This document shows, in pieces, positions 31,241-41,353 of a stretch of DNA of 64,000 nucleotides. The notes beneath the pieces were generated by a model. That model made no database searches. It had not been told where the DNA came from and saw only the letters and a list, made by a program, of their open reading frames with translations. Where the stretch lies: positions 192,001 to 256,000 of the forward strand of contig CAVVUS010000010.1 in NCBI GenBank assembly GCA_963751345.1, given 5' to 3'. Both the position numbers and the translations under genes were made by a program. Numbering within the stretch: the first letter of the stretch is position 1; every line of letters begins with the position of its first letter. Source of the stretch: an uncultured Chloroflexia bacterium. Its GTDB lineage: Bacteria; Chloroflexota; Anaerolineae; B4-G1; SLSP01.

Positions 31241-32704
31241 ATGGCGAACGACACATACGAAGTAGTCATAGGGATGGAAATCCACGCCGAGCTGCGGACG
31301 GCCTCAAAGATGTTCTGCGGCTGCCCTGTGGTCGATACGACCGTAGCCGAGCCGAATACCGCCGTCTGCCCCGTTTGCACGGGGCTGCCGGGTGCGATGC
31401 CGGTTGTCAACAAGCGTGCCGTTGAGCAGGCGATGATGGTGGGGCTGGCGCTCAACTGCCGGATCAATGAGTTCACCAGCTTCGCCCGCAAGAACTACTT
31501 CTACCCCGACCTGCCCAAGGGATACCAGATCTCACAGTACGATCATCCCATCGCGACCGACGGCTGGCTCGAGATTCGGACCGATGACGGCGAAACGGTG
31601 CGGGTTGGGATCACGCGCGCGCATCATGGAGGAGGACACGGCCAAGAGCTTCCACCACGGAGCCGGTGGGTACACGCTGATCGACTTCAACCGGTCGAGT
31701 GTGCCGCTGCTCGAGATCGTCTCAGAGCCCGACATGCATTCGGTTGCTGCGGCTCACACCTATGCGACGAAGATCCGCGAGATCCTTCGCTACCTCGGCG
31801 TCAACACGGGTGACATGGAGAAGGGGGTGCTGCGCTTCGAAGCCAACGTCTCCGTGCGCCCACGTCGGCAGCGAGATCCTCGGCACCCGGACGGAGATCA
31901 AGAATCTGAACAGCTTCCGGGCACTGGTGCGGGCATGCGAGTACGAGATCGACCGCCAGATTGACGTCGTCGAATCCGGCGGCATCGTGGCGCAGGAGAC
32001 GCTGGGATGGGACGAGGCGCGCGGCGTAACCTATTCCCAGCGCAGCAAAGAACACGCCCACGACTATCGATACTTCCCGGAGCCGGATCTGCCTCCGCTC
32101 TACATCGATCGCGCCTGGGTTGAGGAAGTGGCGGCGACACTGCCCGAGCTGCCCGATGCAAAGTACGCTCGACTGGTCAAAGCCTATGGTCTCCCGGAGA
32201 ACGACGCCCGCATCCTAGTCGGCGACCAGACGCTCGCCGACTACTTTGAGGCAGCCGCCGGAATCTACGATGGAGAGGCCGCGTCGGTGAGCAAGTGGAT
32301 CGTGGGCGAATTGGCAGCGCTGATGAACCGGCAGGGAGTGGCCGTCGACGACATCCGCGTGACGCCGGAGGCGCTCTCGTCGCTGGTCGCGCTCGTCGAC
32401 AAGGGCACGATCAGCCAGAACAGCGCGAAGGACGTCTTGGGTGCCATGTTCGAGACCGGCAAAGCCGCCCAACGTCATCGTACAGGAGAAGGGACTTGTT
32501 CAGATCTCCGACCAGGATGCACTCTCGCAGGTCGTCGATCAGGTGCTGAGCGAGCACCCAGGTGAGGCGGCAGCATACCTCGAGGGCAAAGAAAGCCTGC
32601 TACAGTGGTTCATGGGCCAGGTGATGCGTGCGACGCGTGGCCGTGCCCAGCCGCAGACGGTCCTCGGACTGCTGCGCGAGAAACTCGAAGCCCGTCGGTC
32701 CTGA
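31241..32704 (+). CDS. gatB: Asp/Glu-tRNA amidotransferase subunit B; frameshifts at about 31620, 31860 and 32470
   Basis: [52 protein letters not shown] and [13 protein letters not shown], spread over four ORFs. Confidence 0.93.
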
Positions 32705-32711
32705 GACGCCA

Positions 32712-32748
32712 AAGATTGGACCAATCTTCCGAAGATTGGTCCAATCTT
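32712..32748. repeat. Double palindrome (REP-like) between convergent genes
   Basis: AAGATTGGACCAATCTT-CCG-AAGATTGGTCCAATCTT: two self-palindromic 17-mers that are also inverted copies of each other. Confidence 0.75.
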
Positions 32749-32807
32749 GCCTTCTTCGGAGGGGGATTCCTCCTCCCCGTCCCTCACCCACGGGGAGAAG
32801 GTGTCTG

Positions 32808-33533
32808 TTACTCGGCCTTCGCCTTCTTCTTCCGCAGCACCAAGATGACCACGATCGCGACGACCACACCCATGATCGCACCGGGCAGCCACGCAGGCGG
32901 CTCAGGTAGCGGCTCAGGCAACTGCTCCGGCGGCACCTTCGCCGCCGACCAGTCGACCTTGCCGGAGCGCGTGCCGGTGGTGTCCACATCGCTGAAGTCA
33001 GCGCCTGTGACATCCACTCTCTTTAGCGTGGCGCTTGTCAGATCGGCACCGGTGAAGTCCGCGTTCTTGAAGTTGCTGCCGGCGACCTTGGCCGCCGTGA
33101 AATTGGCGCCGCGCGCGACGGCGCCCTCCAGGTTGGTGCCCATCAATGCGGCGTCCGTCAAGTCCGCATCCGTGAGGTCGACCTTCTCCAGATTGACCCC
33201 CGCGATCTTGGCTGCCGTCATTCGCGCCTTGCGGAGCAATGCTCTGGCCAAGTTGACGCCCATGAACTTCGCGTTCGTCAGGTCAGCGCCCGTGAGGTCG
33301 GTCTGATTCATATCGGCGCCCGCGAACAGGCCGCCCGCCACGTTGGCCCCGGCCAGACTGGCGCGCTGCATCTTGAGACCTGCGAACTTCATCCCCGTGA
33401 GATCCACACCGCTCATGTCGGCGCCGCTGAGGTCGCGCTGGGCAGCCATTTTCTGGGCGATCTCCGCCCTGGTAGCCAACCGCGCCGGAACCTCTGCAAC
33501 CACCGCATCTTCCTGTTTACTCTCTTCGTTCAT
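32808..33533 (-). CDS. Pentapeptide-repeat protein with C-terminal membrane anchor
   Basis: Long run of A(D/N)LxG-type repeats, then a Pro/Glu linker, a TM helix and a basic tail RKKKAK; RBS AAGGAG. Confidence 0.9.
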   Translation of the reverse strand: MNEESKQEDAVVAEVPARLATRAEIAQKMAAQRDLSGADMSGVDLTGMKFAGLKMQRASLAGANVAGGLFAGADMNQTDLTGADLTNAKFMGVNLARALLRKARMTAAKIAGVNLEKVDLTDADLTDAALMGTNLEGAVARGANFTAAKVAGSNFKNADFTGADLTSATLKRVDVTGADFSDVDTTGTRSGKVDWSAAKVPPEQLPEPLPEPPAWLPGAIMGVVVAIVVILVLRKKKAKAE

Positions 33534-33633
33534 CTCGTTCTCCTTTTCGCTTCCGCTTACTCTGCTGAGACTCCCGCCAACCAGAATATACGAATTCCCC
33601 AGGCCAAGGTTGCACCTGAAGGCACCCTGTATT

Positions 33634-36156
33634 CTACCGCGTGCCGACTCGACTTTCCAGCCTATCCAGCATCTGTAACATAGCGCTGCGCCGGCGACCG
33701 TCGTGGGGATCGACCGCAGCCAGTGCCTCGTGCAGCGGCTGGACTGCTGTTGCGCCAAAGTGCTCCAGTGTCTCTGCCGCTAGCTTCCGGACCTTGCGAT
33801 CGGGGTCCGCCAGGGCATCGATCAGCGCGGGGATGGCGACGGGATCTCTCGCCACGGCGAGTCCACGGACCGCGCCCCGCCGCATCATGGCAGCATCGCG
33901 TGACAGTGTCTCGATCAGGGCGCGGACTGCGACTTCACCGCCGATGGCGCCCAGCTCCTGGGCAAGCCATGTGCCGCGCCAGTCCGTCGCATCCCTTACT
34001 TGCTCGACCAGATAGGGAACACAGCGTGGGTCGCGAAGCTCACGCAGGAATTCCACGGCGTCGTCGCGGTTATCATCGTCTTGCAGCTGCTCGACGAGGA
34101 TTTCCGCGCCACGAGGATCGCCCTGTCGCGCGATGAAGTAGGCGGCCGCGGGGATGCGTTCGGTGATGGCCATCTGCTGGAGCGCCCCGGTTCCTTCACG
34201 CCCAGTCCCTCGATGATCCCGGACGCTTCGATCGCGTGCTCCGGGCTGGCGTCCCTTAAGTATGTGGTCAGGGTTTTCAGGTCCGCGGGCGTGGCCAACT
34301 TGGCCATCGCCCGGACCGCGGTGCGGCGTACTGCCTCCTCGCTGTCCCAGAGGGCCCCTGCGATGGTTGGCTTAACATGCGCCGCCACGTCCGGCCTTGA
34401 CATCGCGATTCGGCTCAGGCACAGGATGGCGTAACGGCGAATGCGCGCCTGGTCGCTGTCCGCTGCATCGAGAAGGGGAGCTACGGCGGGCTCGCCGATC
34501 CGCACCAGTCCCGTCATAGCTTGCTGCCTGACCTTTGTGTAGTCGTCGTTCAGCGTACGGATCAGCATATCCGTGGCGCGCGGATCGGCGAGGGATGCGA
34601 GGGCGGACACAATCGCGCGCCGGAATCGCCGCTCCGGGCTGTTGGCCGCGATCAACAGGAGGTCCGTGATGCCGGGCCCCAGCGCCGTGAGTTTTTGGGC
34701 TTCGCGAGCTATCTCCACCCTGTTCCACCCGCCGAGGGTGCTCATAACCTCCAGGGCTTTGATTCCCCTCCGGAGCCTGGCTCGCTCCTGGGGCGGCAGA
34801 TCCTGATTCGCCTTAAGCGGTTCGACGAGTCGCAGCGCCGCGACCCAGTCATTGCTCACCGCACCGGTCGAACACGCCACGACGAGACGTGCTTCGTGGG
34901 CACTTTCGGCGTTGGCGATCAGAGTGTCAAACACTGCCTGTCTCAACGATGGGCTCTGCGCCAGCAGATAAGTGGCGCCGGAGCCGATAGACGCGTGGCT
35001 GCTCAGATTCTCGATGGCCGAGGCCACCATGGGCAGAATCGCTGCCTCGAACCGGAGCAGGGCATCGATAGCGGAAGCCCGAGTGTACTCCTCGTGTTGT
35101 GCGAGCAGGCTGTCGAACACCTCGGGTGAGATGCCTGTGCCGTGGAACACGTAGGCTTCTGCCGAGAGCCACGTCGCGTCCGGGTCGTCCTGTGAGAGCC
35201 CCTCAAGAAGGTCACGCGTCGTCATCGGGACGTCGCTTGCCAGCTGTGCCCACGCGTGGCCGATCGTGCCACTGCCGTTGAGGCGCGTCCAGCCGGTCCC
35301 GATAGCGATCCAGGATGTCCCGCGGGTTCTCGATCGTAAGGTATCAGTCTGTCGGGCACGGGCTTTGGCGACGGTTGCTCTGATGTCTCCGATGTGAGAT
35401 CGTGGATGAGCTCGGCTAGGCGTTCTTGATCCTCCTCGTCCGGTTCGAGATCCCAAGAGGTTCGGGCACGTCGACCAGATGGAGGTTGGCCTGCCAGGGG
35501 CGGAAGGCCGAAAGCTCGCCTCGTTCGATGGGGAGGCAGGCGAGGCCGGAATCCTCGTTGAGGCTGTAGGGCATCCGCGTGATCCTGGGCAAATGGTGCG
35601 CCTGGCTGTTGCTCCAGCCGAGCAGCGCCCCCGCGAGTTTCCGCGTCGATTTCCCACGGTATCCCGAGGGGACGATCTCACCCGGAATGACGATGTGCAG
35701 GCTGCGATGTCCGCTGAACTTGTGCTGGTAGGGAACGCCATACCGCTCGAAGAGTGAGATGACGGCACTCACGTCCTGGAACGAGTCGCGCCAGGTGGGC
35801 AGATCGGCCTCGAAGACGCAGTCCATGTGCTGGTCTCGGGCGTGCGGGCCCTCACCGCCGGGACCCTTCCGGACCGACTGGTGGAACGCCGGGTAGAACT
35901 CCGGTCGTTTGTCCGCTCCGACCTCGGGCAAGTGTGCTTCGATCTTGCGCTCGATGAACTGTCGTAAGGCCGCGACGTCATCGCCTACGACCTCGTCCTT
36001 CTCCCAGTTCGGTTCCCAGTGCTTTCTCTCGGAGATGATGAGCACCACGCGCCGCCTCCGCACGGTGTCCAGGAGATAGCGCAGGAACGAGTCCTGGGTG
36101 TAATACTCGATGACTTCGCCAAGGGTGGGTCTTCGGCCGAGTGTGATTGTGTTCAT
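33634..36156 (-). CDS. Putative AEP (primase-like) domain fused to HEAT/PBS-lyase repeats; several apparent frameshifts
   Basis: N-terminal ORF has DCVFEAD, KFSGHRSLHIVIP and RMPYSLNEDSGLACLPI; downstream ORFs 33996-35768 and 33634-34173 are HEAT repeats; coding looks continuous across frame changes at about 35450, 35340, 35290 and 34190. Confidence 0.65.
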
Positions 36157-36376
36157 AGGATCCTTTGGGGTTTTCTCGTCGAGTAGGCACCCGCTTGTGA
36201 AGGCCCGAGGCTGCTCGGGCTTGACCCGAAAGGTCTTCGCCGACCGTCGCAGGTTTCCCGAGGACGCCGCCTGATCTTGCACCAGGCATGGTCAAGCGAC
36301 GCCACCTCGGTGGAGATGCCGAAACGTTGACAGGTGCCTGAGGCTGGAAAGGCATACTCCCGCAGCCTGATGCCCT

Positions 36377-36956
36377 TCAGGTGCTTTTCGTCCTCCGGCG
36401 ATCCGTCAGGAGCCATTCGCCCAGTACGACCAGCGTCAACGACCCTGCCATCGCACCGGACCATACCACAAGGGTGATCAGTCCCATCTGATCTATTCGC
36501 TTCTCCGCCTCACGTAGAGACCGACCCGCAAGCACATAGCCTGGCTGTGCACCTTCGTTACGAACGATCACGGAAGCAATGCGGACGCCCGGCTCGGGCT
36601 GCCACGTGATACGATCCTCCCCATGCTGCAGCGACGTAGCCAAAGACGCCCTCAGGCACGCCGGGAGTCTGGTCACGCAGCTGCACCGACGACGCAAGCA
36701 CGTTGCTCTGGGCATCATAGACCACGATGAACGGCGCCAGGCTCTGAGCCAAGTCGACCTCGTGGCTGGGAATCACAGACTCGACTGACTCGCCTCGCGT
36801 CAGCGCCGCCGCGGCATCCTCAGCCATCTGGATCTGCGGATCGTTCGCTCCCATCCTCAGCAGCTGCTGGGCGATCGTGTAGACAAGGCCACTGGCTGCC
36901 GATATCGCCAGGGCGATCGGAAGCCATCGCTTCAGAGTATTCCTAATCATATGCAT
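36377..36956 (-). CDS. Two-TM membrane protein with extracytoplasmic domain; frameshift at about 36630
   Basis: TM-QQLLRMGANDPQIQMAED...GVFGY then HGEDRITWQPEPGVRIASV...GRSLRE-TM, in two overlapping ORFs. Confidence 0.7.
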
Positions 36957-37010
36957 GACAGATCTCCACCAAAAGGTCGCCAGCACAGCTCGCCGGGCCT
37001 CGACCATCGG

Positions 37011-38437
37011 TCACTTATTGTGCATCACCACCGGCACGTAGATGCGTTTTAGCGAACCGGGCGCCCAATATTCGTCGGCTCCCAGGTCGGGAACGCCGAA
37101 TCGCGGCTGGCTGTCGATGTCGGTGAGGATCCCCGCGGGCACACCTGCATCCGCCGCCGCGGAAGCCGATCCGATGTGATAGCCGTCGGAGCCGAATTGG
37201 GGATTGCCGTTCACCTGGTGCTGCACGGATAGAGCGCCGCCTGTCAGGGAGGCGGTGACGGGCGTCCCGTACCACAGCACGCCATCGAGCGCCACGGTGC
37301 TGCTCGTCGTAATGCTGACGCCGACTGCGTGGCTGGACATCACCGTGTTGGTCATGGACAGCGTACTGTGGGTGGTTCCGGCGTCGGTGACGAAACGTTG
37401 CGCTGCCGTCGCCCCCGGCGTTGCGGGCCATGGTCGTATGCAGCGCCTGCGGCTTGGATCCTCCGACCCACAGGCCACTCCCCGACATGCCGGCCTCGTT
37501 ATCGATCAGCGCGTTGTTGACCAGGAGGCTGTGGCTGTACCACAGGTAGATACCGCCACCCTTCTTCGCACTGTTGTCGGAGATCACGTTGGCATAGAAC
37601 GTCGGGCTGCACGAGGCGACGTCGATCCCGCCGCCAAAGTTCAACGTAGCATTGTGACTGATCGTGTTTCCCTTAAGCGTCGCGGCGCTGGAGAACAGAT
37701 ATACGCCGCCGCCGATGTTGCCGGAGGTGTTGGAGATGATGTGGGCTGGCCTCCACGTCCACGGCGCCCTGGTACGAGAACAGCCCGCCGCCTCCGGTGT
37801 CCGCGTGGTTGTCGGAGATCACACTGTCCAGGACCCTGCCGCTGCTGCCGGCAATGAATGCACCACCTCCATGCCTGGCAGTGTTACTGTATACCCGAAC
37901 ATCGATCAAAGTCGCGGTCGCGGTCATCACGTAGATGCCGCCGCCTGCGTCAGATGTTCCAGAGTACTCGTATCCGCCCAGGCCAGTGGCATCTCCGTTG
38001 GTGATCCGTAGCCCATCGAGGGTGGGCTGGATGTCACCGACGATGTAGACGCCCCGGCCCCGCCCCTCAGCGTCCAGCGTCGTGGGATAGGCCTCCGTGT
38101 CCCGAGTTGAGAAGTCGGCGCTGTAGCCGCCCCGTATGACCACGGTCTTGCTGATGTAGACTGTCTGCGTGACGAGGCCCGCAGATGTCGCGTCGTGCCG
38201 AGGCCGGGTCGTGGTCTGGGTGTAAAGGCCGGTGGCGACGCGGATCTCGTCGTTCGGTGCCGCGGCGTCCACCGCTGCTTGCAGATCGCCAAAACATGGC
38301 GCTGCGCCACCGCAATTGCTGCCTGGGGCGACGTAGAGCACACCCGGGTCTGCCCGTGCACCGGGCGGATGCATAGCGAGGAACAGCGCGACGGTAACCA
38401 GACAGGAAACGCAGAGCAAGGCAGCCGGTCTCTTCAT
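37011..38437 (-). CDS. Secreted right-handed parallel beta-helix (pectin-lyase-like) protein; frameshifted
   Basis: Signal peptide, LQAAVDAA, repeated NxAxxGGG units, DIDSQPR...PDLGADE and C-terminal RIYVPVVM motif, across three ORFs. Confidence 0.8.
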
Positions 38438-38487
38438 AGGTAGACCTCCCGGAACTATAATGTCCAGACATACACTCGCGCAGGGCC

Positions 38488-38515
38488 ATTATACGCGTCG
38501 CCCCTTGCAGTTCAA
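38488..38515 (-). promoter_or_regulatory. sigma70-like promoter
   Basis: TTGAAC-16nt-TATAAT. Confidence 0.6.
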
Positions 38516-38686
38516 TGAGAGACCTGGCGCCGGCGGATCCCGGGAAGGCGCGAAGGAATGTGGAAATGGTGAGGATCTGAGCACGCAGACGCTTGACACG
38601 TAGCCGAACCGGGGTGAACCTGGTGTCGCCTTCAGGAGTAGTATTAACATGGTGATTCTTCGTCTCGCGGGAACTGAGGTGATCGG

Positions 38687-39844
38687 GTGAGATACGCTGT
38701 GCTGCTGGTAGCTGTGCTCTTGGTCGCGTGTAGTGCTACCGCTGAGTCGACTCCATTGCCTACTCCCACCGCGGCCCCGACGGCAGCACCGACGGCCATG
38801 CCGCCTGACGTGATGGCCCAGGCTCGACGCCTGGGGCGCGGTGTCAACCTGGGAAACGCGCTGGAGGCTCCTGAAGAGGGCGAGTGGGGCATGGTCATCG
38901 AGCCTGAGTTCTTCCCGCTGATCCGTGAGGCCGGCTTCGATACCGTGCGCGTCCCTATCCGCTGGTCGGCCCACGCGATGGTTGCGGCGCCGTATACCGT
39001 CGATGCTGCGTTCTTCGAGCGCGTCGACGAGGTGATCGGTCAGGCCCTGGACCAGGGACTCAACGTGGTGATCAATATGCACCACTATGATGAGATCTTT
39101 GTCTCGCCCGCCGATCACGAGGACCGGTTTGTCGCGATGTGGGAGCAGATCGCGGCGCGCTACCAGGACATGCCGGACAGCGTCTACTTTGAGCCGCTGA
39201 ATGAGCCCAACGGGAGCCTGGACGCCGTCACCTGGAACGCCCTGCTGGCGAGGACCATCACGGCGATTCGCGAGGCGGATGGGGGTCGCCATACGCTGAT
39301 TGTAGGCGGCGCCGACTGGAACAGCATTGCGGGTCTGCGGTACCTGGTGCTGCCCGACGGTGAGGACAACGTCATCGCGACCTTCCATTACTACGAACCT
39401 TTCCTCTTCACCCATCAGGGCGCGGAATGGGTCGGGCCGGAGTATGGCACTCTGGGGGTCACGTGGCCGGGGCCGCCCGACGCGGAGATCGCATTGACTC
39501 CGGAAGCAAAGGCAACTGATTGGGTTCGCAACTGGTTCAACCGCTACCAGCAGGTATCAGGGCGCGAGAATCCGGCAAGTCCGGAGCAGATCGCCCGCGC
39601 ATTTGACGATGCAGCGGCATGGAGCGAGCGACAGAGTGTACCGCTCTGGTTGGGTGAGTTCGGTGCCTACAGTACCGCCGACATGGCCTCTCGCGCGCGC
39701 TGGACCGCCACAGTGCGGGAGGAAGCGGAGGCACGGGGCATTATGTGGGCCTACTGGGAGTTTGGCGCCGGATTTGGGGTCTATGACCGTAAGTCGCAGA
39801 GCTGGCGCACGCCGCTGCTTGAAGCCTTGGTTCCTGCGGAGTGA
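38687..39844 (+). CDS. GH5 endoglucanase/mannanase lipoprotein
   Basis: Lipobox LVAC, LGRGVNLGNALEAP, VRVPIRW, NEPN, HYYEPFLFTHQGAEW, GEFG. Confidence 0.93.
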   Translation: MRYAVLLVAVLLVACSATAESTPLPTPTAAPTAAPTAMPPDVMAQARRLGRGVNLGNALEAPEEGEWGMVIEPEFFPLIREAGFDTVRVPIRWSAHAMVAAPYTVDAAFFERVDEVIGQALDQGLNVVINMHHYDEIFVSPADHEDRFVAMWEQIAARYQDMPDSVYFEPLNEPNGSLDAVTWNALLARTITAIREADGGRHTLIVGGADWNSIAGLRYLVLPDGEDNVIATFHYYEPFLFTHQGAEWVGPEYGTLGVTWPGPPDAEIALTPEAKATDWVRNWFNRYQQVSGRENPASPEQIARAFDDAAAWSERQSVPLWLGEFGAYSTADMASRARWTATVREEAEARGIMWAYWEFGAGFGVYDRKSQSWRTPLLEALVPAE

Positions 39845-39985
39845 GATCCTGGCCCTTTGCCTTTTCCGGGGAACGCGGTAATCTATCTGCCATAGCCATT
39901 ACAGCTTTTCCCGCCTCATCACGTGGCGCGGGATGGTATATTGTTATTCCCTTTGAGAGACTTTCCATTGTGGAGGAATAATTCC

Positions 39986-41230
39986 ATGTCACCGAATCAG
40001 CGTGACCGTGCCATATCGACGTCGTCAACTTCTCGCATATCGCGACGACGTTTTCTTGAGCTCGCCGGCGCCGCCGCTGCGGGCCTGCTGATCTCGAGCT
40101 GCACGCCGGAACCGTCGGCAGCGCCCGTAGAGAGTGTCCCCACGTCCGGCCCCACGGCTGCTGCGCCGGCCGTTGCCGACGCGACGCAGGTGGCGTCGAC
40201 GCCCGCGGCAACGACCGAAGCTGCCGTGGCGCAATCGGCGCCGACCGGCTTATCGAGCCAGGTGGCAATCGCCACTGCCCAGGACTACGATCGCACGCGG
40301 ATCTACAACGCCATACGCGATATGCTGGACAACCTCGGTGGGTTTGGCGACGTGGTCAGGCCTGGTGATCGCGTCGCGATCAAGACCAACCTCACGGGGG
40401 GACTGGGCAATAACGCGCCGGCCGGTCTGACGCCGATGCAGTCCTTTGTTACGCATCCCGAGGTCGTGCGGGCGCTGGGGGCCCTCGTGCTCGATGCAGG
40501 GGCTGCCGAGGTCTTCATCGTTGAGGCCGTCTACCAGTGGGGGTCGTATACACAGTGGGGCTACGAGGAAGCTGCCAAGGATATCGGTGCGACCTTGATT
40601 GACCTCAATTCCCCGGATCCCTACGATGAGTTCGTGGACGTCCCTGTTCCTGGGGGCGGCCGATTTTACGATGCCTTTAGCCTGAATCCCCTCCTACAGG
40701 AAGTCGACGCGTTCATGTCCGTTTCGAAGATGAAATGCCATTGGGTTGCGGGGGTCACCCATACGATGAAAAACCTGTTTGGGATAGCTCCCTTGCAGGT
40801 CTATCGCTCGGGCAGTCGGGACACCTATCGCTCGGGCTTTCACGGCCCTTCGGACGAGACAGCAGGACAACGAGTGCCGGAGATTATTGTCGATCTCAAC
40901 AAGACGCGCCCGGTCAACTTCTCTCTCATCGACGGCGTGATGACGTCCCAGGGAGGGGAGGGCCCGTGGATCCAGACCTTCACCTCAATCGCGCCCGGCG
41001 TGCTTTTCGCGGGCAAGGATCCCGTTGCGACCGACTCCGTCGCGACGGTTGCCATGGGCTTCGATCCGACCGCGGCCCCGATGACCGTGCCTTTCGTCCG
41101 GGGCAAGAACCACATCGCCATTGCCGCTGCGGCCGGGTTGGGGACCAATCGGTTGGATGAGATCGAGATCGTGGGCTCGAGTCTCGATGAGGTGACGCGC
41201 GCCTTCAATCCGTGCGTAGTCGGCCTGTAA
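39986..41230 (+). CDS. Tat-exported DUF362-domain (lipo)protein
   Basis: SRRRFL twin-arginine signal, VAIKTNL, THPEVV, KMKCH, TMKNLFG, DPVATD. Confidence 0.85.
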   Translation: MSPNQRDRAISTSSTSRISRRRFLELAGAAAAGLLISSCTPEPSAAPVESVPTSGPTAAAPAVADATQVASTPAATTEAAVAQSAPTGLSSQVAIATAQDYDRTRIYNAIRDMLDNLGGFGDVVRPGDRVAIKTNLTGGLGNNAPAGLTPMQSFVTHPEVVRALGALVLDAGAAEVFIVEAVYQWGSYTQWGYEEAAKDIGATLIDLNSPDPYDEFVDVPVPGGGRFYDAFSLNPLLQEVDAFMSVSKMKCHWVAGVTHTMKNLFGIAPLQVYRSGSRDTYRSGFHGPSDETAGQRVPEIIVDLNKTRPVNFSLIDGVMTSQGGEGPWIQTFTSIAPGVLFAGKDPVATDSVATVAMGFDPTAAPMTVPFVRGKNHIAIAAAAGLGTNRLDEIEIVGSSLDEVTRAFNPCVVGL

Positions 41231-41242
41231 TAGGGCCGGTTG

Positions 41243-41270
41243 TTGCGATTTCCGCGAGTCCGTGTAGAAT
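41243..41270 (+). promoter_or_regulatory. sigma70-like promoter
   Basis: TTGCGA-16nt-TAGAAT with TG upstream of the -10. Confidence 0.55.
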
Positions 41271-41353
41271 CGGACCGTTCACCTTTCCCAATGTCCAGCC
41301 ACCCGGCCGGCTAAGTTGGCATCATTTCCTTGAAGGAGACAGGGCATCCCGTC

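Noticed and set aside
36224-36262. Degenerate REP-like palindrome upstream of the AEP-HEAT gene as a replication origin or transposon end
   Set aside because: A single imperfect hairpin with no iterons, partner end or mobility gene.
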